Assembly: GCA_022813865.1 (NCBI GenBank)
Contig: JALDZX010000026.1
Location: 1-64,000, forward strand
Direction: 5' to 3'
DNA: 64,000 nucleotides
From: Xylographa opegraphella
Taxonomy: Eukaryota
In this document: one piece after another, positions 1-11,867 of the stretch
Position numbering within the stretch: position 1 is the first letter of the stretch
How the letters are laid out: each line of letters opens with the position of its first letter
Program-made: the position numbers and the translations under genes
The notes under the pieces: model-generated
The model's input: the letters and a program-made list of their open reading frames with translations, nothing else
Databases searched by the model: none
Told to the model about the DNA's origin: nothing

Positions 1-59
1 AATCGTCCACCTAAAGCTTACGTTCTAGGCGTGCTTGCGTGGTGAGTTGATGAGCCATA

Positions 60-250
60 ACACTCTCATTTTCTTTATAATTAATTTCATATCTTTCAAG
101 TTTAACATTTATTATTATATAATTGCTTAAATCGCTCATGAAAGTATTGAATTGAATTCAAATAATCGTCGCAAATGTTATCGAGAAGTAATGAATAATG
201 AATTAAAAACTCGCGAGAATCGTAATAACACCACGATATATTACCCCGTT
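60..250. other. AT-rich tract (possibly mutated/RIP-like relic DNA)
   Basis: Visibly AT-rich (e.g. ttctttataattaatttcatatctttcaagtttaacatttattattatataatt) compared with the roughly balanced GC of the rest of the window; no ORF. Confidence 0.5.
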
Positions 251-361
251 TTTTGCTTAACAGAAGTCCCAGACGAAGTGGCGTCTCCCTGACTATACTA
301 TACCGAGTCGAAGCTGATACTATTCATCAGTACTTCAACGAACTCGACAGATACACCTATA

Positions 362-1091
362 ATGACGGAACGAGCTGTCACGAAATCACTACCATCGATT
401 CCACCCATATCTTCGCGGAAATACGAGGCACCCCAGTCCCCTCCAGCGATGAGGGACAAGCCGCCACCCTTCCTCAACGCTACCGTGGACGATGTGTACG
501 CGTTCTACAAAGCACACCTTCGCTCGATAAGGGACGATATTGAGCGCGACGTCTTCACCAGCTTTACTTTCTTGGTGGTTGACGCCGCCTGTCTCCGTTC
601 TTCCCCACCGCAATGTATCCTGTGCAGCGACGCTCCTGATTACCACGAAGGGGCCGAAGAGGTGGTATTAAAACAGCTACGTCTACTGCTCGACGCTGCT
701 GTGTGGCATATGGTCCCGCTGGAGCACATGTCAATGACACCCAGCGAGGTCAGCACTCCGGACTGTAAGGCACTCAACTCCATACCGCCAGTGGTCATGA
801 TGCCGTTTGATGCCGTTTGACGCCGAGCAGCCCACTCGCCATGTATACAGGCCTGCTACTGCGGCGGAGGCGTGGGTGAATAAGCGACGGCTGATAAATC
901 GATTCCCGTGTATGGAGGATGACGAGCGCCGGGCAGTGTCATTTCAATGCTCGAAACGGGAGGCGAAGGCTACAGCTATGATGAATAGAGAGGTCTTTGA
1001 GGCTGTTCAGTATCGTGAATCTGGAATCACCTTGCACGATGGTAGGCCAGGATCGAGTGACTTAAATACTCTTGCAGGAAACGACGCTTGA
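362..1091 (+). pseudogene. Hypothetical protein gene broken by a 10-bp tandem duplication (frameshift)
   Basis: ORF 362..820 and ORF 807..1091 overlap in different frames. TGCCGTTTGA occurs twice in tandem (801-810, 811-820). Removing one copy joins ...VVMMPF-DAEQPTRH... into a single ORF of about 239 aa. Confidence 0.65.
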
Positions 1092-1420
1092 AATTGAATA
1101 TATACCGGGTTCTGTATTCGAATTCGAAATGAAATATAACATGAAAGAAAGGAATATTTCGGGCATAAATTTGTGCAAACAGAATTCCAATTCCAAGTTC
1201 CAATAAACATGCTTGATATTTTATAACATTGGCGATGAAATATTATACAATCGTTGAAACACTCGCATTCGATTCTGATAATGTGTAAGTAATATATAAA
1301 TGTTTTTAATAATTACATTATATTATACTGTATGAATCGGGTTCAAAATCGTAGCATCGATTCAATTCAGTCAAATATTCTCAAATACCAACTATCCAAT
1401 GTTCTCTACGATCACAAGTA
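1092..1420. other. AT-rich tract
   Basis: Abrupt switch to AT-rich sequence right after the stop at 1091 (e.g. aatatataaatgtttttaataattacattatattatac), continuing up to the MPH1 stop. Confidence 0.5.
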
Positions 1421-1425
1421 TTCCT

Positions 1426-4400
1426 TCACTCCTCACTATCACTTTGAACGATCATGCGCTTTCCGTTGCTCCGCTTTGCCCGTGATGCTCCATCCCCAAT
1501 TTCAATTCTACCCACAGGCAGAGCATTGGAAGCCTTGGTGCTCGCGACGAGAGCTGTGAAATCTGGCAAGTCTTGACTCAAATTCATGTCGTCCTCATAT
1601 GTCCTTTGCAGTGGCACATAGAACGGCTTCTCCGGACTATCCAACGCGGGTGGTGATGAAGCAGAAGAGGCTGCACCATCATTAGCAAGCACATCCTCGT
1701 CATTGATGAAGTCGGCAAGATCGGAGCCATTTTCATCGTGTTCATTCTCGACGTCTTCGTCCGAGGCCATGGGATTGATACTTGAGGTAACCTGTGAAGA
1801 GTTTCGAGGTGTCGACTGTGACTCAGATGGAATACTCTTCAGCTCTTGCACCAGCGGAGAAGGGGGAGCGGGAGTATGGTTCGTACTCTGTGTTCGACCT
1901 TCGGATCTGCTGAAAAAAGCATCGTGTTGTGCAGATTGAGCTTGTCCAGCACGAAGATCATCTGGATGTAGGTTCCTGGCAAACAGGTTGTTGGTTTCCT
2001 CTGTTGAGTTGTGCAGGTCGCTTAGCATTTTAACCATCCTCTTGGTTTTGTGTCCGTGTTCAACGTGCTGAAATGGCCTCAAAACTCGCTGTAGTGAGGG
2101 GAAAGTGTCTACCCTCGGCGCGGTCACGACCTGCTTGGCCTCTCCACCGATGTCAAGGTAGTTGCGCTCGAGATCGCCTTGTTGGCAAGCAGTCAGTAGC
2201 ACTGACTCCAAAGGTGGTGTAGGATCCAGCTCTAATATAGTCGCACGGCTCGTTGCGCTTGCCAGCTGTTTTCGCACATCGGTCATTTCGTCGTCATCAT
2301 CATTATCGTCATCATCATCAATTCGTGAAGCCTTAGTAAACCCTTGTCGAACACCATCCGGCATGTGAAATTTCTTTGGAGGCCGCTTTGGGGGTCGTCT
2401 CCTCTTCCTGGGCTCTGGAAGGTATGACTGGGTGTTCTCAAGCGGGATTTCGATAACTCTCTTGTCCACGACGGGTTGTACGTTTTTCGGCATGATACGA
2501 GGAGACAAGTCTTCGTGATAGGTGAATCTCGTACCGGCTTCAATCATCTCTTGCATCTTCGCATAATTGTCTTTGGCCTTGACAAAGTTGTCCTCTTCCT
2601 TTCCTTTCATCAAAAGCATTACGATATTTCCAGCACGTTTTCGCCCCGTTCGACCCATTCGTTGTAGCATCCTGATTGGCGAAGCTGAAGCATCATAACA
2701 CACAATCAAGTCGACCTCCCCTATGTCAAGACCTTCTTCGCCAATCGAGGTAGCCACAAGTGTGTTATATTCACCCTTCTTGAACCTTGCGATGACGTCG
2801 AGCTGCGTTTTCTGGTCCATACCTTCTGATCCTTTAGAATTCGCCTGACCGACGAATACGTGTGGCCGAATCATAGGTCCATCACGCCTTAGGACCCTCG
2901 CAATCTCCTCTGCGCTGTCCCGGTAGTGAGAAAAGACCATGATTCGAGTACTTGCCGGCGGTATACCAGGAATAACACCTCTCCCGTCTCCAGCATCAAG
3001 GAAATGATTGAGCACAACGGACCGGAGGTGGTCGAGTTTGGGATGGCCAATGAAGTCCTTGTCGCTTATCCACGTTCCAACTCGGGTCATCAATTTGTTG
3101 AAGTGTTCGCTTTCATTAATCTCTTTCTTGTACTTGCTAGCCTTCTCTCCACTAGCGATTTCACTGCGGAAATCAACAAGCTTATGATAGAAAGGTCCAA
3201 TGCCATGGAACTTGAGCAGTTCGATTGCGTGAGAGAGACTGGCAAGTATACTGAATATGGTGTTGACCATTCCCTTCACACCCATATGCGCTTTCCTCCC
3301 AGCATCCGATGCCATCCATTGTTGTCTAGCAGTCGTACAGCCATAAGGCGTCAAGTTCATGGGATCTCTATTCCAGTATGCGTTCATCCCTATCAGTTTA
3401 TTGAGAAGAGGTTGAAGTGCCTTTGCGAAAAGGTCCATGACCATCGTTATTTCTTCAGAATACTCGAATATCACCGAGTCGATTTTCCTGGAATGTACAT
3501 ATTGCCGAATGTCCAAGGATTCTTCGGTACGGACTTCGACTCTGGATATTCCCAAGCCATCAATTACTTCCTGCACGGCCTCGACCGAAGCTCCAGGTGT
3601 TGCAGTCAATGCTAGAACTCTGAAGCTGGTATTGAACCTTCTGAGGAATTTGACCACTTCCACGTACGCATAGCTACCAGTTGCACGGTGAGCTTCGTCA
3701 ACGACCAATAGCACAATCTTCTTCGGATCCGCAATCCCGCTTTTGAGGTCGTTGACAATAGTCTGCGGTGTCATGAAGAAGACTCTTTTACTTTGCCATT
3801 CTTCGGCCCGAATACCGGGAGCAGTATTACCAGTCAGTAATGTTGTTGCCGATCGCGGTATACCTGCGATGTTAAAACAAGCCTCCACCTGTTGCGAGAC
3901 AAGTGGTTTCGTAGGAGCGACGAAGACAATTTGTGCATCTTTGGTCCATCTGAACCAGTTCAGCATAATAGTCGCGGCAATGAAGGTCTTCCCAAGTCCC
4001 GTCGGAAGTGCCACGAGTAGGTTATGGTATAGCCCTCTGGCCACGATGCTGTACTGATAGTCTCTTATGGTCCCCAGATTCGTTGGATATACCCACGACT
4101 GAAGTGCGTCTTTTTCGAGGATGTGATGAGTGGGAGGTTCGACTCGATTTGCAAGCGGCCAATTCATACGTCTCACCGATTGTGTCTGCGGCTCCTCTTT
4201 TATGACCTGTGTTCCAAAAAGAGTAGTCTGTCGTAGGTTTTTCTGAGGGCCAACCAATCTCCTTTGCGTCGCTGCTTCAGACTGCCATCGTTGAGGGTCT
4301 AAATAATACGAGTCAACGTCTATCGATTGCGCCTCTCTGGCGTTCAACTCTCTTGCAACTGCTTCATCATCAAACGACTGGTCTTCAATTTCAAATCCCT

Positions 4401-5031
4401 CATCGAAGCCGTACGTTTCACTCGTTGATGGTGTCCGTTCCTTCGGCGAGGCGGCTTTTGCCTTGCTCACAGATGCAGTTGAATCCTGCAAAGCTCGCGA
4501 GACAACCTCATTTTCGTTGCCACGTGTGTTCCTCTGAGCTTGCATTGCATCATCTTGATTTATTGCGGGCGAAGGAGGCGATGGTGGCTTCGGCTTCTGC
4601 CAGTAACAGCCACGAATCCTGTAGGGGCTTTGTGAAGAGGGAGGCACTTGCGTGTAGAATGTAGTCTCTGGTATATCTGTATACTTAGGAACGTGGATTT
4701 TGTACCTAGGATGTGGCATTTCTTTTGGTGACTTGGTGATTTCCTGCGAGTCCTGACTCTGATTTGCCCCGGGAGGTGTAGTGGGTGGCTCGATGTCGTA
4801 CTCATCGTGAGTACCATGGGTACTCTGGCCCAAAACTTCTTCAGACGACGTCGTACTGTTCTGGTGGGTCCTTCGTGGAGGAATATCAGATGCGTCGATG
4901 TCGTTGAGACGCCGTCGTTTCGCTGGACGGTGGGTAGTGAATTTCGTACTCTGCTGCTCGACCTGGGTGGCTATGAGCATCAGGTCTTCGTCCGCCAAAT
5001 CCCCAAACTCATCTCCATCACTGTCTGCCAT
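1426..5031 (-). CDS. MPH1: FANCM/Mph1/Fml1 ATP-dependent DNA helicase
   Basis: Single 1201-aa ORF with SF2 motifs ALPTGLGKT, DEAH, LALTATPG, ATSIGEEGLDIGEVD and QRMGRTGR, plus the Mph1-typical WVYPTN..IRDYQ. Confidence 0.95.
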   Translation of the reverse strand: MADSDGDEFGDLADEDLMLIATQVEQQSTKFTTHRPAKRRRLNDIDASDIPPRRTHQNSTTSSEEVLGQSTHGTHDEYDIEPPTTPPGANQSQDSQEITKSPKEMPHPRYKIHVPKYTDIPETTFYTQVPPSSQSPYRIRGCYWQKPKPPSPPSPAINQDDAMQAQRNTRGNENEVVSRALQDSTASVSKAKAASPKERTPSTSETYGFDEGFEIEDQSFDDEAVARELNAREAQSIDVDSYYLDPQRWQSEAATQRRLVGPQKNLRQTTLFGTQVIKEEPQTQSVRRMNWPLANRVEPPTHHILEKDALQSWVYPTNLGTIRDYQYSIVARGLYHNLLVALPTGLGKTFIAATIMLNWFRWTKDAQIVFVAPTKPLVSQQVEACFNIAGIPRSATTLLTGNTAPGIRAEEWQSKRVFFMTPQTIVNDLKSGIADPKKIVLLVVDEAHRATGSYAYVEVVKFLRRFNTSFRVLALTATPGASVEAVQEVIDGLGISRVEVRTEESLDIRQYVHSRKIDSVIFEYSEEITMVMDLFAKALQPLLNKLIGMNAYWNRDPMNLTPYGCTTARQQWMASDAGRKAHMGVKGMVNTIFSILASLSHAIELLKFHGIGPFYHKLVDFRSEIASGEKASKYKKEINESEHFNKLMTRVGTWISDKDFIGHPKLDHLRSVVLNHFLDAGDGRGVIPGIPPASTRIMVFSHYRDSAEEIARVLRRDGPMIRPHVFVGQANSKGSEGMDQKTQLDVIARFKKGEYNTLVATSIGEEGLDIGEVDLIVCYDASASPIRMLQRMGRTGRKRAGNIVMLLMKGKEEDNFVKAKDNYAKMQEMIEAGTRFTYHEDLSPRIMPKNVQPVVDKRVIEIPLENTQSYLPEPRKRRRPPKRPPKKFHMPDGVRQGFTKASRIDDDDDNDDDDEMTDVRKQLASATSRATILELDPTPPLESVLLTACQQGDLERNYLDIGGEAKQVVTAPRVDTFPSLQRVLRPFQHVEHGHKTKRMVKMLSDLHNSTEETNNLFARNLHPDDLRAGQAQSAQHDAFFSRSEGRTQSTNHTPAPPSPLVQELKSIPSESQSTPRNSSQVTSSINPMASDEDVENEHDENGSDLADFINDEDVLANDGAASSASSPPALDSPEKPFYVPLQRTYEDDMNLSQDLPDFTALVASTKASNALPVGRIEIGDGASRAKRSNGKRMIVQSDSEE

Positions 5032-5107
5032 CTCTCAGAGCCCCGACTTGCTCTGCCCAGCGTCAGGATTCGAGCGCATGGTAAGCGCCAGAACTCGCAC
5101 ATCGGGG

Positions 5108-5137
5108 GAACGCGCCGGTGTTGGGGATGACGCGCCT
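5108..5137. promoter_or_regulatory. Two MCB-like (ACGCG) elements upstream of MPH1
   Basis: gaACGCGcc (~5110) and tgACGCGcc (~5130), about 80-105 nt upstream of the MPH1 ATG. ACGCG cores are typical of fungal G1/S and DNA-repair promoters. The motif is short, so a chance match is possible. Confidence 0.3.
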
Positions 5138-6141
5138 GCGGAACCAATCAATGTAAGCGAGAAGCGCTAGATGTTACCTTCGTGTCTGTTTCCTTTCCCC
5201 ACTTCTTTTCTTCTTCAACACAACTAAATCCAAGATGAAGAGATGGCCTTTGCGTCAGCGCCAGCACTCACTCCTCAGCTTTGGCTGTAGGACGTGGGCG
5301 ATGCTGATATGTCTCGGGTCCGACTCACCACCTTGTGAGAGATAATCTGAACCAATCTGATTGGACAAGTTGTGTTCTTCTTCGTTGCCATGACCTTAGT
5401 TATCCTCGCACAAGTTGCCAGACATGAATCAGCCTGCTATATCGTATCGAGTACTTGGCAAAAGACTTTGGTGAAATCAAAACAGCCATTGTTGCTATAT
5501 CGTTGTTTGGAGCGAAGCTATTCATTGTGATTTGTTGCATCTCGCAATCACTTTATCTTGGCAGCTGCGCTCAAGCATTCTTCTGCCCCTGCTGATATTT
5601 CGATAGATTGAATTTCGTTATACACCACTTATAGGCAACTGAGACTTGATCATATAACATGGGTGCTCAATACTACGCGATGGCTCAGGCGATTCTCACA
5701 ATCCTATACACTCTGCCAACGACTCCCCAACAGCATTCACGGCGTTTTGTTTGTTCCTCATTTCAGTAGCCATTTGTCCACACGTTTTCATACACTTGCC
5801 CATCTGCCCCTGTGTAACACGCACCCTCCCTTCTCCGACCCTCACACATCATTGCGCGAGCGAACTGTTCAGTCGGTTCCGCCCAAGGTCCCGTCAGCGC
5901 TACATAGGATCATGTAATATTACAACAACATCGAGGAGCTCGGACGCCTCTTCGACGAAAACATTGATATTGTTACTGTGAATAAATAGCTGCACCAAAG
6001 AGTCATGATGTATCGCCAACGCCACGCAAACCAATTGATGCTACGTAAGTGCCTTCAAGGGTATCATTCGCCCCTCCCCTTGACATGCAAATATGCATGC
6101 CGACCAGATTGCCAACCATTTCATTCAAGAGCATTCCTACT

Positions 6142-8357
6142 CTACCATTCATAACCCTCGCAATGCAGATATACACCCTCCGCTCCGGTTCCTTTGCTAG
6201 CCCCTCGTTGGTCACTTACACTCGCAACGGTATTCCTGACCGCTTTGTTGAGCGCTGCAGGACCACAAACTGCGACCCCAGTCTCGCCGTGCGCATGGTC
6301 AAGAGCCGTCCAGAGAATGGAACGAATGTCTGGCCGGCCAGAGGTCAGAGTGCTGAATGAAGCCAGCCGGGATCTGAGAAGAGACATGGGCGATACGGTG
6401 CGGGTGTGGACAGAAGCCGGGGATTTTTGAGAGCCGGGATTAGGTTTCTCAGTTGTGGCTGTGAACGGCACCGCTTTCTCGTCGGAAAAAGGCGGCTGCA
6501 GCACTGGTGCAGAGGTGATACCATCGCCCTCATCATCGTGTTCCTCCAAACCGGTTTCGCAGCAGCACGGGCCAAGGCGGACATCGCAATCGCATCCACA
6601 CTGCCGTGTGTCCTCCGCTGCCTCCGTGAAGGAAGGGTCACAGGTGACGTTGATATGGACAGCGATTTCAACACCGACTCGATGAAGACTCTCGATAGCC
6701 GCGTGAAGTTCATTGACGATCCATAGGGCCCACTCGGCATTCTTGATCATCCAAACAAAGACAACGTTTCGAACAGGGAGATTGTGGATGGAAGCGCGGT
6801 GAGCAAGGTCGAGTAGAATGGGGAGAATAAAGGTCACCCCGGTAGAGCCGGCAATGAGGATGGCGGTGTCAAAAGCGGCGAAGTCGGAGTGAGATGCTCC
6901 ATATGGGCCGTCGATGAGAGCCAGAAATTGCTCTTCCGGGTCAGCAGTTGGCTCGACCTTTGGCTTCTCAAAAAGATTCTCTGTCGATGAACTGACAGCT
7001 CCATTCAAAATCCGCTTCGTGAAACCTTTGTGCGCACGTAGAATAAAGACAAGGTCGTTGTTGTGCGAGGATGGTATGGACGCGATGGTGGCCGGATGAG
7101 ACTGCCCGATGCCAAAGCGAGGAATGCAGAGAAAGACATGCTGGCCAGGCTTCCACGACTTGACTCTGTGGGAACGGACGCTGACCTTCGTCACACCACC
7201 TGGAAGACTGATCAAAGTAGCTCTGCCCGGCTTACTGTTATTGAAAGCGGAGCGAGCGAAGCGGCTTAGACGGTCAAGTACGAAGAAGCCGATTCCCAGC
7301 CAAATGAAGATTCTGACCAAGACATTAGACCATGAAGGGGCCGTTCTTGGATAGGTCTTACCTGGCATTCAAAGCATTGGGAGGAATGTGATAGAAGACG
7401 GCCACGAGGAAACCCACGAAGGAGATGACGTGCTGGACCACGAAGAACTCGTACGAAAGATTTCGAAGTGGCGCTGTACTGCTGAAGACCAACCAAAGTA
7501 GCAGAATCCACGTGGCAAAACCTACTATAATTAGCATCCGCATGTTAAAAAAAATACCGAGCGTAAATTCACCAGTTGGAATACACGAGTCCGTGCTGAT
7601 CTCGATTTGCATCACTCCATACTCGTTCCACCCGACAAGCTGGTAAGCTCCGTGCAAAGTAGCAGTCAGGAGGATGACTCTCGCGACCCATCGATGTAGA
7701 ACCTGCAAACGCTCGTACGATACCCCGACAAGGATTCCAATGAGGTTGTTCTTTCCCGCGAGCAGGATGAGAAGCGGGAATTGGGCAACCGTCAGCCAGG
7801 CCGCCCGAAGACCTCGAGCTTCCCAGAACTGCGCTCCAGGGTAATCAACATTGAAGAATTCGAGACCGAGCACGAATCCCAGGTAGGTTAGGATAAGCAT
7901 CGATACTCCGAACGCAGGTATTCGCAACCAATGTGATCTCGTAGGAGAGACCTGAGGGTAGGACGCCTCGCGGACTATGGAGGTCACTGTAGCCATTGCA
8001 GATGTGAATGGGTTGGAAGCATGAGCCGGCCGAGGATGGTTTGCAGCCGCAGCCCGAAGTCTGTGCCATATTTAGCCTCTCTGAACATGTAAATGAATAG
8101 ATCGAGCAATATTGCGCGTACCTCGTCTTCAATGTTGCCCAACGAAGAAAGTTGATCGCTGTAGCGAGGAATATCACAACCACGATGCCATACCAGAATG
8201 CTCCTGTGACCGCCCAGTCGAATGGTTGCAAATCAGTGTCATCAAGCATGGCTGCGAGGAAATCCGATGCCACGGTATCATTTGACATGTCCATGCCGAT
8301 ATCAGATAGACCTGGGCCTCCTGTCGGCATTGCGCCGTCGCCACCGTCCATGTCCAT
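6142..8357 (-). CDS. Ferric/cupric reductase transmembrane component (FRE family), 4 exons
   Basis: Predicted exons 8357-8122, 8060-7573, 7521-7362 and ~7313-6142. Heme-binding segment LHRWVAR...LHG; FAD-binding HPATIAS; NADPH-binding IDGPYG, LIAGSTGVTF and VAVCGP; C-terminal YLHCEGYEW. Confidence 0.9.
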
Positions 8358-8613
8358 GTTGGAAATGTCGCTTAGTTATTCTTCTTGACGATATGAGGTT
8401 CTGCAGCGCACGGGGCAAAATGACACCTGAGAGGACAGATAGGGGATGAAACAGAACATGCGAGAGGAGTAGTTATCCTCAAGTAAGAAGACGTAAGGAT
8501 CAAATTCCTCTCAGATGGCGTATTTTGAGTTCCAGAATCTACACTCGCTGTTTAGGTGAGATTGTCGGTCCGCCCCACACCAAATTGGGTCGCCGAGGAC
8601 TAGCCGCTGCACT

Positions 8614-8629
8614 TGAGCAAGTTTGCGCA
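8614..8629. promoter_or_regulatory. Candidate paired copper-response elements (Mac1-type CuRE)
   Basis: TGAGCAAG-TTTGCGCA. TTTGCGCA (8622-8629) matches the yeast CuRE TTTGC(T/G)C(A/G). The adjacent inverted TTGCTCA is a near match. Both lie in the shared FRE/CTR promoter. Confidence 0.45.
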
Positions 8630-8806
8630 CAATTCTGCTGAAGGATGGGTGAAGGTAAACCGAACATCAGACGTACGTAGGCTAGGCTTTGCACGATGGC
8701 TGGTGATGATCGATCAAAGAGAGACGCCGGTTCTTTGTTGTAGTTTTCGAAGCCGCTGAACCTCCAGCTTGAAGTCCACATTCTTCATCGACAAGACCCT
8801 CCAACG

Positions 8807-9335
8807 ATGACCAGCACAACGTCCATGCCAGGCAGTATGGCCTCGGCCAGCAGTGGAATGTTGAGCGGAATGTCAAGCTCCTTCAACGTCAACAACTTTG
8901 CGACAACATTATATTCCACGGATTGGATGCCCACCACTCCAGCAGGCTATGCCGGATCATGGCTCTTCCTCTGCTTCCTCGCGTTCATCTGGCGAGGCTT
9001 GATTGCCACCCTCTTGAAGCTGGATGCGTACTGGACCCGCAAGCACGAGACTTATAGCATTCTCGTGGACGGAGGGAAGGAGCGCGTGGACCGGAAACAA
9101 ACGGTGGAGGTTTGGAGGACGTCGGTCAATCTTCCGCGGGCCGCGCTGACAACGGTGATCCAAGGAATTGCATATCTCCTGTACGTCGTTCCTCCGGCGG
9201 CGTGACTCTCTCGATTTGTGCTGACGCGAGTCCAGGATGATAGCTGTCATGACCATGAATGTCGGGTTCTTTTTCGCGGTGCTGGTGGGCTACTTCATGG
9301 GAGAGCTGTCTTTCAAGCGCCTCCATGCTCGATAA
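8807..9335 (+). CDS. CTR-family high-affinity copper transporter, 2 exons
   Basis: Met-rich N-terminus (MTSTTSMPGSMASASSGMLSGMSSSF) and a TM segment after W.P. Intron 9181-9235 joins YLL to MIAVMTMN (the CTR MxxxM motif), followed by GYFMG (GxxxG); stop TAA at 9333-9335. Confidence 0.9.
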
Positions 9336-10554
9336 ATGCCGTTTGGGCGGGACTGTACAGAATGTAGATAGGAAAGTCTCAGCTGGCAGCTGGGTCATTG
9401 GGTTGGAGTTCTGGAAGGAGGGAGGAGCTACAGTTTGTTGTTTTCTGCTTCACTAGCGAGCCTGATAGTCGCACCAACCATCTCTACCTATGCATGCCAA
9501 AGGCACACTGGATCTTGCCTCTCTCGATCCTGCACACAGTGCGTCGAGTCGTTCCTTACATTGTCCGGCGCCAACATTCCCCTCGTTTGATTGTAGCAGG
9601 CGTGCCGAATGCGTTTCCAAGAACCTCCTTATTTGCTGACACCAGGTGCTTGATGGAATGCCTACCAAATCCAGCTGGGAGGCTACTATTACTTTCAGCC
9701 TCCATCACATAGTCTCCATCTGGAAATTGCGCAAGCAAGAAACTACCCGGGGGCAAGGTCGTCCAGCAGTCCACACGAGCCAGCCACGTTAGGATAACCT
9801 GGGGGGTGGTGATGACCTCGGTAGGAGTGGTAGCTAGTCTCAGATGTCTGGTTCGCACAGCCGCCGAAAATTACCCTGCTCTGCAATCCGACGTCCGGGG
9901 AAGGATCGCATGTGTTTCTTCTTGCGTGGGACAGTCAGTTCCAAGATCCTCTCGCCTCTGCACACTCTGGACTATGTAGACCCTCCCCTGCGTGGAAGAC
10001 GTTTCTTCATCGCTCCCCTTGCTCCAGCTCGAACGGGTTCATAACCGGCCGAGCGCCGAGGCCTCGGCCGGACCAACCTATCGAGCACGCTAGGAATTTC
10101 CGGTCGCTTACCGACGTCCATTTAGAGCCAGCGCGTGGTCTTTAGCGTGAGCCAATCCAATCTGGAGGGAGATCGGGCTCTTGGCAGTTCCCTGGAGTCT
10201 AGATCCCCGGATCACAGCAGGAAATGGCTCCGGATGGTGGAGGGTTTGAGTATTCAGATAGTCAGACTGACCAACGTTGGGCTCATTCCCTAACATGGAG
10301 TCCGTGGACAGTTCCGTGTGACACATGCATTATTGTAAACTACCTATGGACTTATCTCGCCATAAAAGGATAAACGTTCCCAGAAGTGCCTCACCCGCAT
10401 ACCTCCGTACCAAAGCCTGTCACCTATTATGCTCGATATTTACATGGTGGAATGGAAAGAAACGCCGGGGAGCCGCGATGGCGGCCGTACATATGAAGCC
10501 GCCAACACCCTGGCCACCTCTGGTCCGTGTATCTGTGAAAACGTCTGCCGCCGT

Positions 10555-11867
10555 TCAACTGGCCCTTGGCGTGCAGCTGGAACTCAAGGCCGGTTGGCTG
10601 GGAGGGTCGATCAGCGAGTAGCTGTACGAATCCGAGACGGTGTACCGGTCCGAGCCACGGTATTGGCCGTAGTTCTTCGCGTAGGATGGCGACCACGTCG
10701 CGTTGTACATGGAGCAGTACAGGCCTTGCGGGACCCCGTTCTCCGACAGCACGTAGGCGTTGAAGAAGATCTTCGAGCCATGTCAGCAGTTGCGACCGCA
10801 GCGAGTGGGCAGGGGGGAACCTACGCATGGGGTGTAGGTGCAGTCCGCGTTGGGATGTCGCCCGTCGTACGCGGTCTGAGCGGTGCAGGCGCTTGCACAT
10901 GTGGCCGGGTCAAAGCCTTGAGTCTGGCTGAAGGGGAAAAACTGGTACCCCATGTAGCTGTTGGGCGCGTTGATGGCACCACCGAGTTCAACGGGCCCGG
11001 TGAAGCCAGGAACAGCAGGAGGCGGGGAGTTCTTGTTGTAAGCTATCGTCGGTCACGTTTAGTAATGTATTTCAGTCAGAGCACTCATGACGGGACTACC
11101 AACCGTTGGAGCCTACAATGACGATTTGGAAGCTATCACGATACTGCCCGGTATTTACGGCCTCGCCAATGGTGAGAGGAGTCCCATAAAGGGTGCACTT
11201 GAAGTTCGTGACGCTAGAAGGATTGGGGCAATTCACAGTCTTCCCGACAGTCAGAACGTGTTCCACGGTAACCCTTCGACGAAGACTTACATTAGGGCTG
11301 AGGCTGGGATCTCGTTCAATATAGATATTGAAGGCTGTGCAGCCGGACGCACGGTCGCACAGGTTGGCACACCCGAGAGAATCGAAGCTGGTCAGGGTGT
11401 GTAAACCCATATAGTTGGGCGCGTTCACCGACGCGGCGAGATTGGTGAAGACCGACTCATACCCATAGGGTGTGGGGGCATTGGTTGCCATGGCCTGCGC
11501 AGATCCGGGTTAGAACGATACCTGCGACAAGCATGTGAACCCATACTTGTAGGGATGGATCAGACTGAAATGCAGCAACCGTGTCTGGGGATGGAACTGG
11601 CCCGGAGCCAGCTGGTTGAGGAGCACACGTTCCATCTCTTCTCTCGACCTCTATGTCTCTCCTCTTGCGTGAGTCTAGGCTATCAGTTGCGAGAGGTGCC
11701 ACACTTGTTGTCGTCAGGACTGAGGGGATGTTTGACACAACATCGTATGGTGGTGTCACAATAACCGGAGGCTCGGCTGCAGCAACTCCATCAAGATCAA
11801 TGTCTTGTGGGTGGGGAAGAGCGAGTGCAGTTCCCACGAGACCGAATGCAAGAAACGAGGGACGCAT
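10555..11867 (-). CDS. Secreted Cys-containing protein (conserved fungal hypothetical, PAN/apple-like modules), multi-exon
   Basis: Signal peptide MRPSFLAFGLVGTALA; Kex2-like RKRR and ERR sites; Cys modules CANLCDRASGCTAFNIYIERDP and CASACTAQT...; ends YSYSLIDPPSQPALSSSCTPRAS*. Assembled from ORF pieces separated by GT-AG introns. Confidence 0.75.
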
